Shown: piece after piece, positions 26,518 to 36,163 of the stretch
How positions within the stretch are numbered: the first letter of the stretch is position 1
Layout of the letters: each line of letters begins with the position of its first letter
Assembly: GCA_044426085.1 (NCBI GenBank)
Contig: JAWXUU010000011.1
Location: 3,069 to 67,068, forward strand
Length of the DNA: 64,000 nucleotides
Reading direction: 5' to 3'
DNA from: Bacillota bacterium
GTDB taxonomy: Bacteria > Bacillota > Clostridia > Christensenellales > CAMQZB01
Notes under the pieces: generated by a model
What the model was told of the DNA's origin: nothing
Databases searched by the model: none
What the model saw: the letters and a program-made list of their open reading frames with translations, nothing else
Made by a program: the position numbers and the translations under genes

Positions 26518-27942
26518 TTATCTCAAAAGCGTGTTTTCCGGTTTTGCAAAGCTTCTCTTCGTTTCTTTTGCTACCACGTTTGAAAGGGCGAGAAGGGCGA
26601 TGACGTTCGGGATTGCCATAAGTGCGTTCACGATATCGGCGATTGTCCACACGGCAGAAATTGTCATGTATGGACCGATTGCGACGAAAGAGATATAAAG
26701 CACGCGGAAAATCATAACTGCGAGTCTGCTTCCGCCAAAAAGGTATTCCACGCATTTTTCAGAGTAATAATCCCAGCCGAGAATTGTTGTGAACGCGAAA
26801 AACATCAAACAAACCATCAAAACAAATGATGTGAACGATTCGTGGAAAGGCAGAGCGTTTGCAAAAGCGTACATAGTGATTCCAACCCCCGCAAGTCCAA
26901 GATCAGGGTTCCAAGCGCCCGTCATCACGATTGCAAGTCCAGTTATTGAACAGATGATAATCGTGTCGATAAACGTGCCTGTCATGCTGATAAGACCTTG
27001 GCGAACAGGGTCTTTTGTTTGCGCTGCAGCCGCCGCGATTGGCGCAGAACCGATACCCGCTTCGTTTGAGAAAATACCCCTAGCAACACCGTTTCGCATT
27101 GCCATAACCATCGAAATACCAAGCCCACCACCAAGCACAGCTTGTGGGTTGAACGCTGAAGATACGATTGTTGCCACCGCAGATGGGATAGAAGATAAGT
27201 TCAAAACAATAATCAAAATTCCAAGAATAAAATAAGCAATTGCCATGAACGGAACAACGATTTGAGCCACTTTTGAAATTCTTTTTATGCCACCGATAAT
27301 AACAAGCGCGGCGCAGATTGTGACGATTGTGCCTGTGATAACCGTTGTGAGAGTGATTGCTGTTGTGCCGATATAAAACAGTGTGCCTGAATATGTTGGG
27401 TCAAAGAATGATTGAGTCGCCGATGTGATACCGTTGATTTGCGTCATTGTGCCGATTCCTAAAAGCCCAACAAGGCAACCTGAAATCGCAAAGAAAATCG
27501 CAAGCGGTTTCCATTTTGGACCCATACCTTGCTCGATATACATAAAAGGTCCACCAAGAATTGTGCCGTCTTCTTTCACTTTTCTATATTTGATTGCAAG
27601 AAGACCTTCGGAATATTTAGTAGCCATTCCGAAAAATGCTGCAACAATCATCCAAAAAAGTGCGCCAGGTCCGCCCGCAGCAATCGCCGTTGCAACACCC
27701 ACGATATTTCCCGTGCCAATCGTTGCAGAAAGCGCTGTGCAAAGTGCACCAAAGGATGTGACTTCACCCGTGCCACCTTCTTCGTTTTTCACCATGTATT
27801 TCAGTGCTGTGCCAAGTTTTGTCACCTGCAAAAGCTTAACTTTCCAAGTGAGCCAAATTCCGCAACCGAGTATCAAAACCATCAGCGGAACACCCCAAAC
27901 AAATGCGTCAATAGCAGAAAGAACTCTATCAACTGTTTCCAT
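26518..27942 (-). CDS. Alanine/glycine:cation symporter (AGCS family)
   Basis: 474 aa, multi-pass. AGCS-typical N-terminus (FVWGVPLMVLILGCGIWLT) and GTGNIVGVATAI. Preceded by a glycine riboswitch. Confidence 0.88.
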   Translation of the reverse strand: METVDRVLSAIDAFVWGVPLMVLILGCGIWLTWKVKLLQVTKLGTALKYMVKNEEGGTGEVTSFGALCTALSATIGTGNIVGVATAIAAGGPGALFWMIVAAFFGMATKYSEGLLAIKYRKVKEDGTILGGPFMYIEQGMGPKWKPLAIFFAISGCLVGLLGIGTMTQINGITSATQSFFDPTYSGTLFYIGTTAITLTTVITGTIVTICAALVIIGGIKRISKVAQIVVPFMAIAYFILGILIIVLNLSSIPSAVATIVSSAFNPQAVLGGGLGISMVMAMRNGVARGIFSNEAGIGSAPIAAAAAQTKDPVRQGLISMTGTFIDTIIICSITGLAIVMTGAWNPDLGLAGVGITMYAFANALPFHESFTSFVLMVCLMFFAFTTILGWDYYSEKCVEYLFGGSRLAVMIFRVLYISFVAIGPYMTISAVWTIADIVNALMAIPNVIALLALSNVVAKETKRSFAKPENTLLR

Positions 27943-28217
27943 AATAATACCTCCTATAGTATCCGGGCACTTCTAAAAACTCTAAACGCAAATTTGAACT
28001 CCGAAAAGACTTGATTTTATGCAAAATTCCCAACAAGGCAACCTAGCCCCAGCGTCGAAATTTTTATAAAATACGTTTTTTGAAATTCATATCTGCATTT
28101 ATATTTTTAAGAAATTCCCATAAAAAATTAAGTCGCGTGTGGAAAATTTGATAAAATTATGGGGAAATAAAAAAGAGAGGTATATAATACGCTCTCAAAA
28201 GAATCGGAAAACACCGC

Positions 28218-28264
28218 AATAAAAATGATTGTTTGAATAATCAAAACCGATTATAAACAATCAC
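28218..28264 (-). terminator. Riboswitch expression-platform terminator
   Basis: Minus strand: GTGATTGTTTATAATC-GGTTTT-GATTATTCAAACAATCAT followed by TTTTTATT. Confidence 0.65.
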
Positions 28265-28269
28265 TACTG

Positions 28270-28452
28270 CGGAAATAAATTCTGTCCTTTTGCCTGAGAG
28301 ATTTACAGAAAATCTGCTTGCACCTTCGGCACTCAATTCGCGATTGAGCTTCTCCAGAATGCCATCAATTTACTGTCTTTGATGAAAATATATTCATCAC
28401 CTGAGAGTATAATTCCTTCGGTGGGCGAATTTCGCCTCTTTCCAGCAAACAT
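28270..28452 (-). promoter_or_regulatory. Tandem glycine riboswitch
   Basis: Minus strand reads CTGGAAAGAGGCG..CGCCCACCGAAGGAA..CTCTCAGGTGATGAA..TCATCAAAGACAG, then CTGGAGAAGCTCAATCGCG..GAGTGCCGAAGGTGCAAGC..CTCTCAGGCAAAAGGACAGAA. These match the conserved cores of the two glycine aptamers. Confidence 0.8.
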
Positions 28453-28597
28453 CGTTTGGCATATTTTGGGGCTTAAAAGCACCCTTAAATTTTTTATCAA
28501 TGCAATATCGCACGCAACACTGCAAACAGAATTATATCAAGTGCGCGGATAAAATGTCAACAAAAAATAATGATAAAATATTAATTTGTTAAAATAT

Positions 28598-28626
28598 TTG
28601 CAAATTATACATTATTATGGTATATT
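28598..28626 (+). promoter_or_regulatory. Promoter of the RluA-family gene (probably giving a leaderless mRNA)
   Basis: TTGCAA (28598-28603), 17 nt, TGgTATATT (28621-28626). The ATG at 28633 is 7 nt after the -10 and has no SD. Confidence 0.5.
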
Positions 28627-28632
28627 CTTATC

Positions 28633-29514
28633 ATGAGTGAAAAAAAGAAGTTTATCGCAACAAAAAACACAAGTGTGCATGAAAATTTGAAGTGTGTTCT
28701 TTCGCGAAGCTTGATTGGGAAAATCAAGCAAAACGGGAGTGTTTTTGTCGATGATAAATTTGTGAAAATGTCGCATGTTGTTTGCATTGGCGAAGAAATT
28801 CTGATAAGTTTTCCAAAGCGAGCAAAGCAAAGCGTTTCACCTTTCGATTTCCCACTTGAAATAATTTATGAAGATGACGACTTGATTGTTGTGCAAAAGC
28901 CGTCGGGCATGCAAACCCATTGCAGTAGGTCTGATTTTAAATCCACGCTTGAAAACGCATATTGCGGACTTTTGGTTTCGCGTGGTGAAAGTGTGGAAAA
29001 CTTCACATTCCACCCAATCACAAGGCTGGATTGTGAAACAAGCGGACTTGTGCTTATCTGCAAAAACCCAATTTCAACTGCAAAGATATCGGAAGATATG
29101 AAAAGCGGAAAAATAAAAAAACAGTATATCGCGCTTGCAAATGGCGAGATAAAAAGCGACTTCAAAACGGAGCTATACATGGATAGGGTTTGTGAAAAAT
29201 CCCCCCACCGCTGGATTGTTGACGGTGGAAAATACAGTGAAACCGCCTTTAAAATTATCGAAAAGGTCAATGGGGACATGCTTGTTGCAGTCTTTCCCAA
29301 AACGGGGCGAACTCATCAAATAAGGGTGCACCTTGCATTTTGCGGTCACGCAATTGTGGGGGATAAACTGTATCAAAACGGCGGTTTGTTGCAGGGTGAA
29401 AAGCCAGATGGGCGACTTATGCTTTTTATGCACGCGCTTGAATTTGAAAACATGAATGGCGAAAAAATCAACGTGCAATCAAAATGCGACGTTTCAGAAT
29501 ATATCAGAATGTAA
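28633..29514 (+). CDS. RluA-family pseudouridine synthase
   Basis: S4-like N-terminus, IIYEDDDLIVVQKPSGM, HPITRLDCETSGLVLICKN, GRTHQIRVHLA. Confidence 0.88.
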   Translation: MSEKKKFIATKNTSVHENLKCVLSRSLIGKIKQNGSVFVDDKFVKMSHVVCIGEEILISFPKRAKQSVSPFDFPLEIIYEDDDLIVVQKPSGMQTHCSRSDFKSTLENAYCGLLVSRGESVENFTFHPITRLDCETSGLVLICKNPISTAKISEDMKSGKIKKQYIALANGEIKSDFKTELYMDRVCEKSPHRWIVDGGKYSETAFKIIEKVNGDMLVAVFPKTGRTHQIRVHLAFCGHAIVGDKLYQNGGLLQGEKPDGRLMLFMHALEFENMNGEKINVQSKCDVSEYIRM

Positions 29515-29546
29515 ATCACAATAAAGCTGAATAAATCAGAACATAA

Positions 29547-29575
29547 AAAAGACCGATAAAAAATCGGTCTTTAAA
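29547..29575. terminator. Bidirectional terminator (rluA-like / ppa)
   Basis: AAGACCGAT-AAAAA-ATCGGTCTT with flanking A and T runs. Confidence 0.75.
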
Positions 29576-29626
29576 TTTGCAATTATTTATTTTTTAGTTG
29601 TGTGATTTCCAACTGTTTGTTTTGGA

Positions 29627-30166
29627 TTATACTTCTTCGTTTGGGAATGCTTTTTTGTAAGCGTCCAAACAACTGCTGATAATTTTCACTGCAACATCTC
29701 TGCCTTGCACCGCATCAACGCAAGTTCCGCCGTGTTCAAGTTCTTTATAAACCGAGAAGAAATGACGCATTTCCTCGAAGATGTGACGTGGCAAGCTGTC
29801 GATATCGCGATATCCGCGATAGTTAGGGTCAGAATATGGGATAGCGATAATCTTTTCGTCGTTTTCACCTTTGTCAGTCATTGTCATAACCCCGATTGGG
29901 AAACATCTAACAAGTGAAAGTGGTTCAAGTTTTTCACTGCAAATAACAAGCACGTCAAGTGGGTCGTGGTCTTCTGCGAGCGTGCGTGGAATAAAGCCAT
30001 AGTTTTGTGGATAATGAGTAGCTGTGAAAAGAATTCTGTCTAGAATCAAAAGTCCAGTTTCTTTATCAAGTTCGTATTTTTTGTTGCTACCTTTTGGGAT
30101 TTCGATAACTGCAATGAAATCCTCTTGCGATATTCTCTTTTCGTCAATTTCGTGCCAAATGTTCAT
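29627..30166 (-). CDS. ppa: Inorganic pyrophosphatase (family I)
   Basis: 179 aa. YELDKETGLLILDRIL..YPQNYGFIPRTLAEDHDPLDVLV. Confidence 0.9.
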   Translation of the reverse strand: MNIWHEIDEKRISQEDFIAVIEIPKGSNKKYELDKETGLLILDRILFTATHYPQNYGFIPRTLAEDHDPLDVLVICSEKLEPLSLVRCFPIGVMTMTDKGENDEKIIAIPYSDPNYRGYRDIDSLPRHIFEEMRHFFSVYKELEHGGTCVDAVQGRDVAVKIISSCLDAYKKAFPNEEV

Positions 30167-30342
30167 TTTAGCCTCCTTTTGTGGCGTCTGCCGATACTGC
30201 TTCGTATCAGCTAAAACTTTACCTATTCGTCTTTTTTATGATTGTACCACATAAAAGAGAAATAACGAAACGATTTTGGGGGACTTTGTGATTTTTTTGT
30301 CAAATACTTATAAAAATTATGTCACTACTCAGTTTGTGAGTT

Positions 30343-30642
30343 TTATATTATTGGGTGGTCTTGGTGTTGCGGTTCTTGTTGTTCCTTTGGTTGGGGTGGT
30401 TTTTCGCAGTCGCAAATATCAACTAAAATCACATCGTCGCCAATTTTCACAATCTTATTCCAAGGCACAAACGCAACTTCGCCGTTTCTGAATATGGCAA
30501 AGCTTTTTTCGCTTGGTAGGATAATCCCTAAAATCTGCCCGCAACTTGCGTCGATAAGGCAGTCAATAATCCGCCCAAGTTTTTTGCCGTCAGTCACGCT
30601 CACGACATCTTTTTGTCTTAATTCACAATATTCTATCTTCAT
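30343..30642 (-). CDS. PRC-barrel protein, YlmC/YmxH family
   Basis: MKIEYCELRQKDVVSVTDGKKLGRIIDCLID...VPWNKIVKIGDDVILV. 99 aa. Confidence 0.8.
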   Translation of the reverse strand: MKIEYCELRQKDVVSVTDGKKLGRIIDCLIDASCGQILGIILPSEKSFAIFRNGEVAFVPWNKIVKIGDDVILVDICDCEKPPQPKEQQEPQHQDHPII

Positions 30643-30715
30643 ATTAACCTCACTTTATAATGCTCCTTATATATTGTATGCAAATTTCATCAATAAATGC
30701 CACACAAACTGGCAA

Positions 30716-31309
30716 TCAAACAATGAACACTCCGCCGATTAAAATAAAGTATAAATAAACCCAAACGGCGGTCAAAACGGGCAGTGCCACCATAAGGATA
30801 GTGTTTGTTGTGCGGTATTTGAATAATAGAAAGGATAGATATTCCCCAAGTGCGCCCCCGAAAATTGCGACGAGCATGATTTTCAAATCGGGAATGCGTT
30901 CGTATCTTTTGAAGTTTAGTTTTTCCTCTGCAAGAATTGTATCCTTTTGAAGCTTGTCACCGTTGTGTGGTTGTGGTTGTGGTTGTGGTTGTGGGTGCGG
31001 TTGTGACTGTGGTCGTGGGTGCGTGGCTGTGGCTGTGGCGGTTTTGGCTTTCTCGTTTTCTTTTTTTGTGGTTTTTGATTTTGCCGTTGCAACAGTCTCG
31101 CTTTTTGTTGTTTCGCCTTTCTCTTTTTCGCTTTTCAAATTGTTTTTCTCGGTTTCTTCTTTTTTATTTGATTCAAGCTGTTTGATAGGCGTTGGCTGTG
31201 GGGTTGGCTGTCCGTTTTTCAATCTGTCGGCGCGTTGAATTTTCACAATTCGAAACCCGAAGATGTTTATCGCAAGTATATATGAAATAGAAATGATGGC
31301 AAGAAGCAT
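30716..31309 (-). CDS. DUF1294-like membrane protein with low-complexity insert
   Basis: C-terminal ERIPDLKIMLVAIFGGALGEYLSFLLFKYRTT resembles the DUF1294 core. A central Lys/Glu/Thr-rich and HPQPQPQPQP segment is encoded by (GTGGTT)n-type repeats at about 30960-31020. Confidence 0.55.
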   Translation of the reverse strand: MLLAIISISYILAINIFGFRIVKIQRADRLKNGQPTPQPTPIKQLESNKKEETEKNNLKSEKEKGETTKSETVATAKSKTTKKENEKAKTATATATHPRPQSQPHPQPQPQPQPHNGDKLQKDTILAEEKLNFKRYERIPDLKIMLVAIFGGALGEYLSFLLFKYRTTNTILMVALPVLTAVWVYLYFILIGGVFIV

Positions 31310-31426
31310 AAATTTCCTCCGATTTTTCTTATATCATTGGCAATTTTTCCCAAAAATATGCAGATGTTGTCATATTTGGGTGGGTGTGGTCATATATTTT
31401 GATATAAAATAAAGGCGGGAAAGGCA

Positions 31427-32884
31427 ATGAAGCAGGAAAACATGTATCAAGATATCGCAAGGCGCACTGGTGGCGAAATATATTTGGGGGTCGTGGGTCC
31501 AGTGCGAACGGGCAAGTCGACGTTTATTTCAAAGTTTATCGAACAGCTTGTTTTGCCTAATATAAAGGATGAAAGTGAAAAAGCCCGCATAATTGACGAA
31601 ATGCCTCAATCGGGAAGTGGAAAAAGCGTGACCACGGCAGAGCCTAAATTTTGCCCAACGGGTGGAACGATTATCGAAAAAGCGGGGGTTGTGGGCAAGA
31701 TCAGGCTTTGCGATTGTGCGGGGTATCTTGTGGATGGTGCTGTGAAGATTGGTGATGATGAAAGGTTGATAAGCACAATGTGGTCTGAATCGCCAATAAG
31801 CTTTGAAAAAGCAAGCGAAATTGGAACAAGCAAAGTTGTGAAGCAGCACTCCACCGTCGCTGTTTTGGTGACTTGCGATGGCAGTATTGTGGATTTGCCA
31901 AGGGAAAATTATCAAAGCGCGGAAGAGCGAACTGTTCGCGAGCTGAAAGCCATAGGCAAGCCTTTTATCATAATTTTAAACACCCGCATGCCAAAAAGTG
32001 AAAATACAACAAAGCTTGCGGGGGAACTTTCACAAAAGTATAACGCAAGGGTGATTGCGACAGACGTCGCGCAAATGCAAGAATTGGAGGTATGTGAAAT
32101 TTTGCAAGAATTATCAAAGGAATTTAAAATCAAGAAGTTTGAAATGAAAATGCCCAAATGGATGCAAGCATGCGAAAAAGATAGCGATGTTATAAGCGAG
32201 ATTTTTTCCAAACTCACGGCGGTTGATATGGATAAAATCGCGACGGCGGAGCAAGCTTGTGAAATTTTCAGTGGCGGTGATATCACGCTGAAAGGTGTGG
32301 AAAAAGACTTAGGCACAGGGATTGTGACGGGGGAATTTGAAGCGCGGGAAGGTTTGTTTTTTGAAGTGCTTTCAAAAAATTGCGGGGTGGAAATCAGTGA
32401 TGAATTTTCCCTTATCGCAACGCTTAAGCAACTTCAAAGTGCAAAGGTGGAATATGAAAAACTCAAAGACGCACTTTATGAAGCGGAAGCGACGGGATAT
32501 GGAGTTGTTTTGCCAAGTTTATCGCAATTGGAACTTTACGAGCCAGAACTTCTCAAGGAAGGCAGTCAGTTTGGTGTGCGATTGAAAGCGAAAGCGCCAT
32601 CGCTTCACATCATGCGCGTTGATGTGGAAACAGAACTTCACCCAATCGTGGGCAGTGAAGCGCAGGGCGAAGAACTGGTCAGTTCAATGCTGAAAGATTT
32701 CGAATCAAACCGCGGTGATATTTGGGATACCAACATGTTCGGGCGTCCGCTTTCGGGGCTTATTCGCGACGGCATAAATCAAAAATTGTCGCAAATGCCA
32801 ACGTCGGTGCGCGGAAAAATGCAAAGGACAGTGTCGAGAATTGTCAACGAAGGCAAGGGCGGAGTCATCTGCATTCTCTTATAA
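31427..32884 (+). CDS. spoIVA: Stage IV sporulation protein A
   Basis: DIARRTGGEIYLGVVGPVRTGKSTFISKFIEQLVLPNI (Walker A). About 485 aa with the conserved C-terminus ..VNEGKGGVICIL. Confidence 0.92.
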   Translation: MKQENMYQDIARRTGGEIYLGVVGPVRTGKSTFISKFIEQLVLPNIKDESEKARIIDEMPQSGSGKSVTTAEPKFCPTGGTIIEKAGVVGKIRLCDCAGYLVDGAVKIGDDERLISTMWSESPISFEKASEIGTSKVVKQHSTVAVLVTCDGSIVDLPRENYQSAEERTVRELKAIGKPFIIILNTRMPKSENTTKLAGELSQKYNARVIATDVAQMQELEVCEILQELSKEFKIKKFEMKMPKWMQACEKDSDVISEIFSKLTAVDMDKIATAEQACEIFSGGDITLKGVEKDLGTGIVTGEFEAREGLFFEVLSKNCGVEISDEFSLIATLKQLQSAKVEYEKLKDALYEAEATGYGVVLPSLSQLELYEPELLKEGSQFGVRLKAKAPSLHIMRVDVETELHPIVGSEAQGEELVSSMLKDFESNRGDIWDTNMFGRPLSGLIRDGINQKLSQMPTSVRGKMQRTVSRIVNEGKGGVICILL

Positions 32885-33024
32885 TATTTTTCTCCAACAG
32901 CTTGCATTTTTTTGCAAGCTGTTTTGCTTTTGTTGTGAAAAACTCTTGTAAATTTAAGAAAAAAGGTATAGAATATAAGTGTTAATGAACTTCTAAAAAT
33001 TTTTAAAATACGGAGGATAAAAAT

Positions 33025-33912
33025 ATGTTAGATAACTTTGTTTCTTATGTTTATTATTACACTGGATATAATATTAGCGGTGTTGTTGATATGATTTTTA
33101 GCATTGCGATGATTTGCATTGCGATGTTTGTTTTGCTCTGGCTTAATAAAAAGCTTTGCAAGGGGATTGAAGCAAGAATGACAGCAAGTGAGAAAGGCGA
33201 ACACGTGAATGTGGTTGAGTGGATAAGAAAAATTATTAAATGCTTAATAATTTTCTTCTGCATTATCACAGCACTGTATCAAGTTCAAGGTCTTGAACAA
33301 CTCATGACATCAATTTTGGCTGGGTCTGGTATTCTTGCAATCGCAATCGGGCTCGCTTCGCAAGATGCCGCGTCAAACTTGATTTCAGGTATTATGGTTT
33401 CAATTTTCAAACCGTTTGCCGTTGGCAACACAATCAAACTTGTGGGAAGCGGAACTATTGGAACAGTGGAAGAAATAACTCTTCGCCACACTGTGCTAAG
33501 AACTATCGAAAATAAACGCGTTATCGTTCCAAACAGCACAATCAACAGCGAAACTATTGAAAATGCTCATTTTGGCGATTCTGAAATCTGCAACTATGTG
33601 GAAATTGGCATAACTTACGAATCGGATATCACAAAGGCAAAGGCGCTTTGTCTTGAAGAAACTTTGAAAAACGAGCGAGTGATTGATAAAAGAACTCCAG
33701 AACAAAAACTTGCGGGTGATCCGCTTGTGAACGTTATCGTTTTCCGCTTGGATGATTCCGCAGTCGTTCTCCGAATCGCATTGTGGTCGCAAGACGCCGC
33801 AAACGGTTTTGCCGCCAAAGGCGAAATCATGGAAAGTATCAAATGCAGATTCGATAAAGTAGAAGGCGTAGAAATGGCATACCCACATGTGGTTGTTGTG
33901 CCAAAAGCGTGA
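33025..33912 (+). CDS. Small-conductance mechanosensitive channel (MscS family)
   Basis: TM helices followed by GLASQDAASNLISGIMVSIFKPFAVGNTIKL..GTVEEITLRHTVLRT..NKRVIVPNSTI. Confidence 0.88.
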   Translation: MLDNFVSYVYYYTGYNISGVVDMIFSIAMICIAMFVLLWLNKKLCKGIEARMTASEKGEHVNVVEWIRKIIKCLIIFFCIITALYQVQGLEQLMTSILAGSGILAIAIGLASQDAASNLISGIMVSIFKPFAVGNTIKLVGSGTIGTVEEITLRHTVLRTIENKRVIVPNSTINSETIENAHFGDSEICNYVEIGITYESDITKAKALCLEETLKNERVIDKRTPEQKLAGDPLVNVIVFRLDDSAVVLRIALWSQDAANGFAAKGEIMESIKCRFDKVEGVEMAYPHVVVVPKA

Positions 33913-33956
33913 ATGGGAGTTATAAAAGCGTTGCTGACGTAGCGAACGGCTGAACA

Positions 33957-34180
33957 TAAAATTAAAAATTAAAAATTAAAAATTAAAAATTAAAAATTGT
34001 GGTAATGCAATCGCTCCGCTCTTGCTTTCAATTTTTAAGCCTTGTTATTTAATGCTATGGATGCCGCTAGAGCGTAAGTTTCATAGTAGGCAAACTTTAA
34101 TTTGCATGCACGAGCTTGCGAGTGCTTACCACAATTTTTAATTTTTAATTTTTAATTTTTAATTTTTAATTTTTAATTTA
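33957..34180. repeat. Palindromic MITE-like intergenic element, copy 3
   Basis: (AAAATT)n arm + GTGGTAATGCAATCGCTCCGCTCTTGC ... GCACGAGCTTGCGAGTGCTTACCACAA + (TTTTTAA)n arm. The centre differs from copies 1 and 2. Confidence 0.75.
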
Positions 34181-34220
34181 AAAAACCTTTCTCTCAAAAC
34201 TAACAAAAAAGGAATAACAC

Positions 34221-34796
34221 ATGATAACCAAAACACTGCTGATTGCCAGCAACAATGCGCATAAAATTGAAGAGATAAAAAGCATACTTGGGGGCAAGTT
34301 TGAAAAGATTTTGTCGTTGAAAGAGGTTGGGTGCAATCTAGAACCTGAAGAAAACGGCGAGACATTTTTTGATAATGCACTGATAAAGGCGCGTGAAATT
34401 TCCCTTGCAACGGGGTATGCGACGATTTCGGACGACAGTGGCATTGTGGTTGATGCCCTTGGCGGTGCACCTGGGGTGCATTCTGCAAGGTATTCCGAAG
34501 CGGGCACAGACGAGGAAAACAATAAAAAACTGCTCAAAAATCTTGCGGGCAAGGATAGAACGGCTAAGTTTGTTTCCAGCGTGGTGCTGTTTTTTTCGGA
34601 AGATGAAATATATTCAGGGCATGGCGAAGCGCACGGCGTGGTTTTGGAAGAATACCGCGGAAGTGGCGGGTTTGGATATGACCCACTGTTTTTGTCGGAT
34701 GATTTGGGCAAAACGTATGCCGAGGCAACAAGCGAAGAAAAAAATTTAATTTCCCACCGCAAAAGGGCGCTTGAAAATTTGCTTGCTAAAATTTGA
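34221..34796 (+). CDS. rdgB: Non-canonical purine NTP pyrophosphatase (RdgB/HAM1)
   Basis: LLIASNNAHKIEEIKSILG, ETFFDNALIKA, SDDSGIVVDALGGAPGVHSARY, GFGYDPLF, ISHRKRAL. Confidence 0.9.
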   Translation: MITKTLLIASNNAHKIEEIKSILGGKFEKILSLKEVGCNLEPEENGETFFDNALIKAREISLATGYATISDDSGIVVDALGGAPGVHSARYSEAGTDEENNKKLLKNLAGKDRTAKFVSSVVLFFSEDEIYSGHGEAHGVVLEEYRGSGGFGYDPLFLSDDLGKTYAEATSEEKNLISHRKRALENLLAKI

Positions 34797-34902
34797 AGAT
34801 AAGAAGATAATAAAATAAGATTGCAAATAAAAAAGATTGTAAATAAAAATTAAAAGATAATCAAAAGATTTGATAGCATTGGTTTTGCAAAGGGGGTGTA
34901 GC

Positions 34903-35367
34903 GTGAAAAATATACTGGTTGTTTCTGATTTGCATTATGAGAAAGTGAACATACAAAAAATAATGCCTAAAATTGCGGAAGCTGATATGATAGTTTTCTG
35001 CGGTGATGGGTATGATAGTTTTGTGGAAAAAACGAAAGCAGTTGCGGGCAAGGTGTTTGCGGTCAAAGGCAATTGCGACACTTTTTCGAATGTGGAAGAT
35101 TTGATTCTGCAAGTGGAAAATTTGAAAATTTTGGTCACTCACGGGCATAAGCACGGCGTGAAAAGCGGACTTTTCAACCTTCGTGACGCGTGTTTGCAAG
35201 CGGGGGCGAGCGTTGCGTTTTTTGGGCACACGCATTATGCCACGGAAGTTTGCGACGGCGGAGTGAAGATGATAAACCCCGGCGCGATATCAGATACGTT
35301 CGAGCCAACATACTATTTCTGTACAGTTTCGGGGGATAAATTGTTTGGAAAGCATGTGGAAGTGTAG
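34903..35367 (+). CDS. YfcE/MJ0936-family metallophosphoesterase
   Basis: AGGGGG RBS before GTG 34903 (track ORF opens at 34870). ILVVSDLHYE, FCGDG, VKGNCD, VTHGH, FGHTH. Confidence 0.8.
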   Translation: MKNILVVSDLHYEKVNIQKIMPKIAEADMIVFCGDGYDSFVEKTKAVAGKVFAVKGNCDTFSNVEDLILQVENLKILVTHGHKHGVKSGLFNLRDACLQAGASVAFFGHTHYATEVCDGGVKMINPGAISDTFEPTYYFCTVSGDKLFGKHVEV

Positions 35368-35568
35368 GCAAATTGTGATTTTTTAAAAATAAATGAAAAA
35401 AATTGAAAAAACTTACAAAAAACTGTAAAAATTTAAAAAAAAAGTGGCAAAAATAGGTGCATTTTGCAAAAGTTTGTGCTATACTAGCAAAGCACTCGGA
35501 AGAGGTATGCAAAAAAGATAAAAACTTACTAAATATTCAAAAAAAGTGAAAAAAGCAGTGTAAAAACC

Positions 35569-35598
35569 TTGACAAGCAATTATATTTTATGATAAAAT
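35569..35598 (+). promoter_or_regulatory. Candidate promoter of second tRNA cluster
   Basis: TTGACA (35569-35574), 18 nt, TGaTAAAAT (35593-35598). Confidence 0.5.
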
Positions 35599-35649
35599 TG
35601 ATAAGCGTTGAGGAAGTGCAGGCGAGATAATCGCAAGCGTATGTTTGAT

Positions 35650-35723
35650 GCAGGTGTAGTTCAATGGTAGAACTCCAGCCTTCCAAGCTGGTCACGAGGG
35701 TCCGATTCCCTTCACCTGCTCCA
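35650..35723 (+). tRNA. tRNA-Gly (UCC)
   Basis: Acceptor GCAGGTG/CACCTGC, anticodon loop CTTCCAA, encoded CCA. Confidence 0.9.
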
Positions 35724-35729
35724 TTTTAT

Positions 35730-35806
35730 GTGCCTGTAGCTCAGTAGGATAGAGCAACAGCCTTCTAAGCTGTGGGCCAGGGGTTCGACTCCCTTCAGGC
35801 ACACCA
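35730..35806 (+). tRNA. tRNA-Arg (UCU)
   Basis: Acceptor GTGCCTG/CAGGCAC, anticodon loop CTTCTAA, encoded CCA. Confidence 0.9.
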
Positions 35807-35808
35807 AT

Positions 35809-35885
35809 GGTGATCTTAGCTCAGTTGGTAGAGCGCCAGATTGTGGCTCTGGAGGTCATGAGTTCGATCCTCATAGGTCACCCCA
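35809..35885 (+). tRNA. tRNA-His (GUG)
   Basis: Extra 5' G (G-1), anticodon loop TTGTGGC, encoded CCA. Confidence 0.9.
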
Positions 35886-35922
35886 ATAAAACACATAAAA
35901 CTTTTTTCCACGAAACTTTCGT

Positions 35923-35997
35923 TGGGGTATCGCCAAGCGGTAAGGCATCAGACTTTGACTCTGACATTCGTAAGTTCAAATCTTGCTACCCCAGCCA
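35923..35997 (+). tRNA. tRNA-Gln (UUG)
   Basis: TGGGGTATCGCCAAGCGGTAAGGCA.., anticodon loop CTTTGAC, encoded CCA. Confidence 0.9.
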
Positions 35998-36001
35998 TTG
36001 T

Positions 36002-36077
36002 GGTTCATTAGCTCAGGTGGTAGAGCACATGACTTTTAATCATGTTGTCCGGAGTTCGAATCTCCGATGAATCACCA
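36002..36077 (+). tRNA. tRNA-Lys (UUU)
   Basis: Acceptor GGTTCAT/ATGAATC, anticodon loop CTTTTAA, encoded CCA. Confidence 0.9.
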
Positions 36078-36080
36078 TTC

Positions 36081-36156
36081 GCATCTTTAGCTCAGTCGGT
36101 AGAGCAAATGACTCTTAATCATTGGGCCCAGAGTTCGAATCTCTGAAGATGCACCA
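36081..36156 (+). tRNA. tRNA-Lys (CUU)
   Basis: Acceptor GCATCTT/AAGATGC, anticodon loop CTCTTAA, encoded CCA. Confidence 0.9.
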
Positions 36157-36163
36157 GAATTCT

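Noticed and set aside
30937-31238. Plus-strand ORFs encoding VVVVVVV / CGCGCGCGC peptides.
   Set aside because: They are the antisense reading of the hexamer microsatellite inside the DUF1294-like gene.
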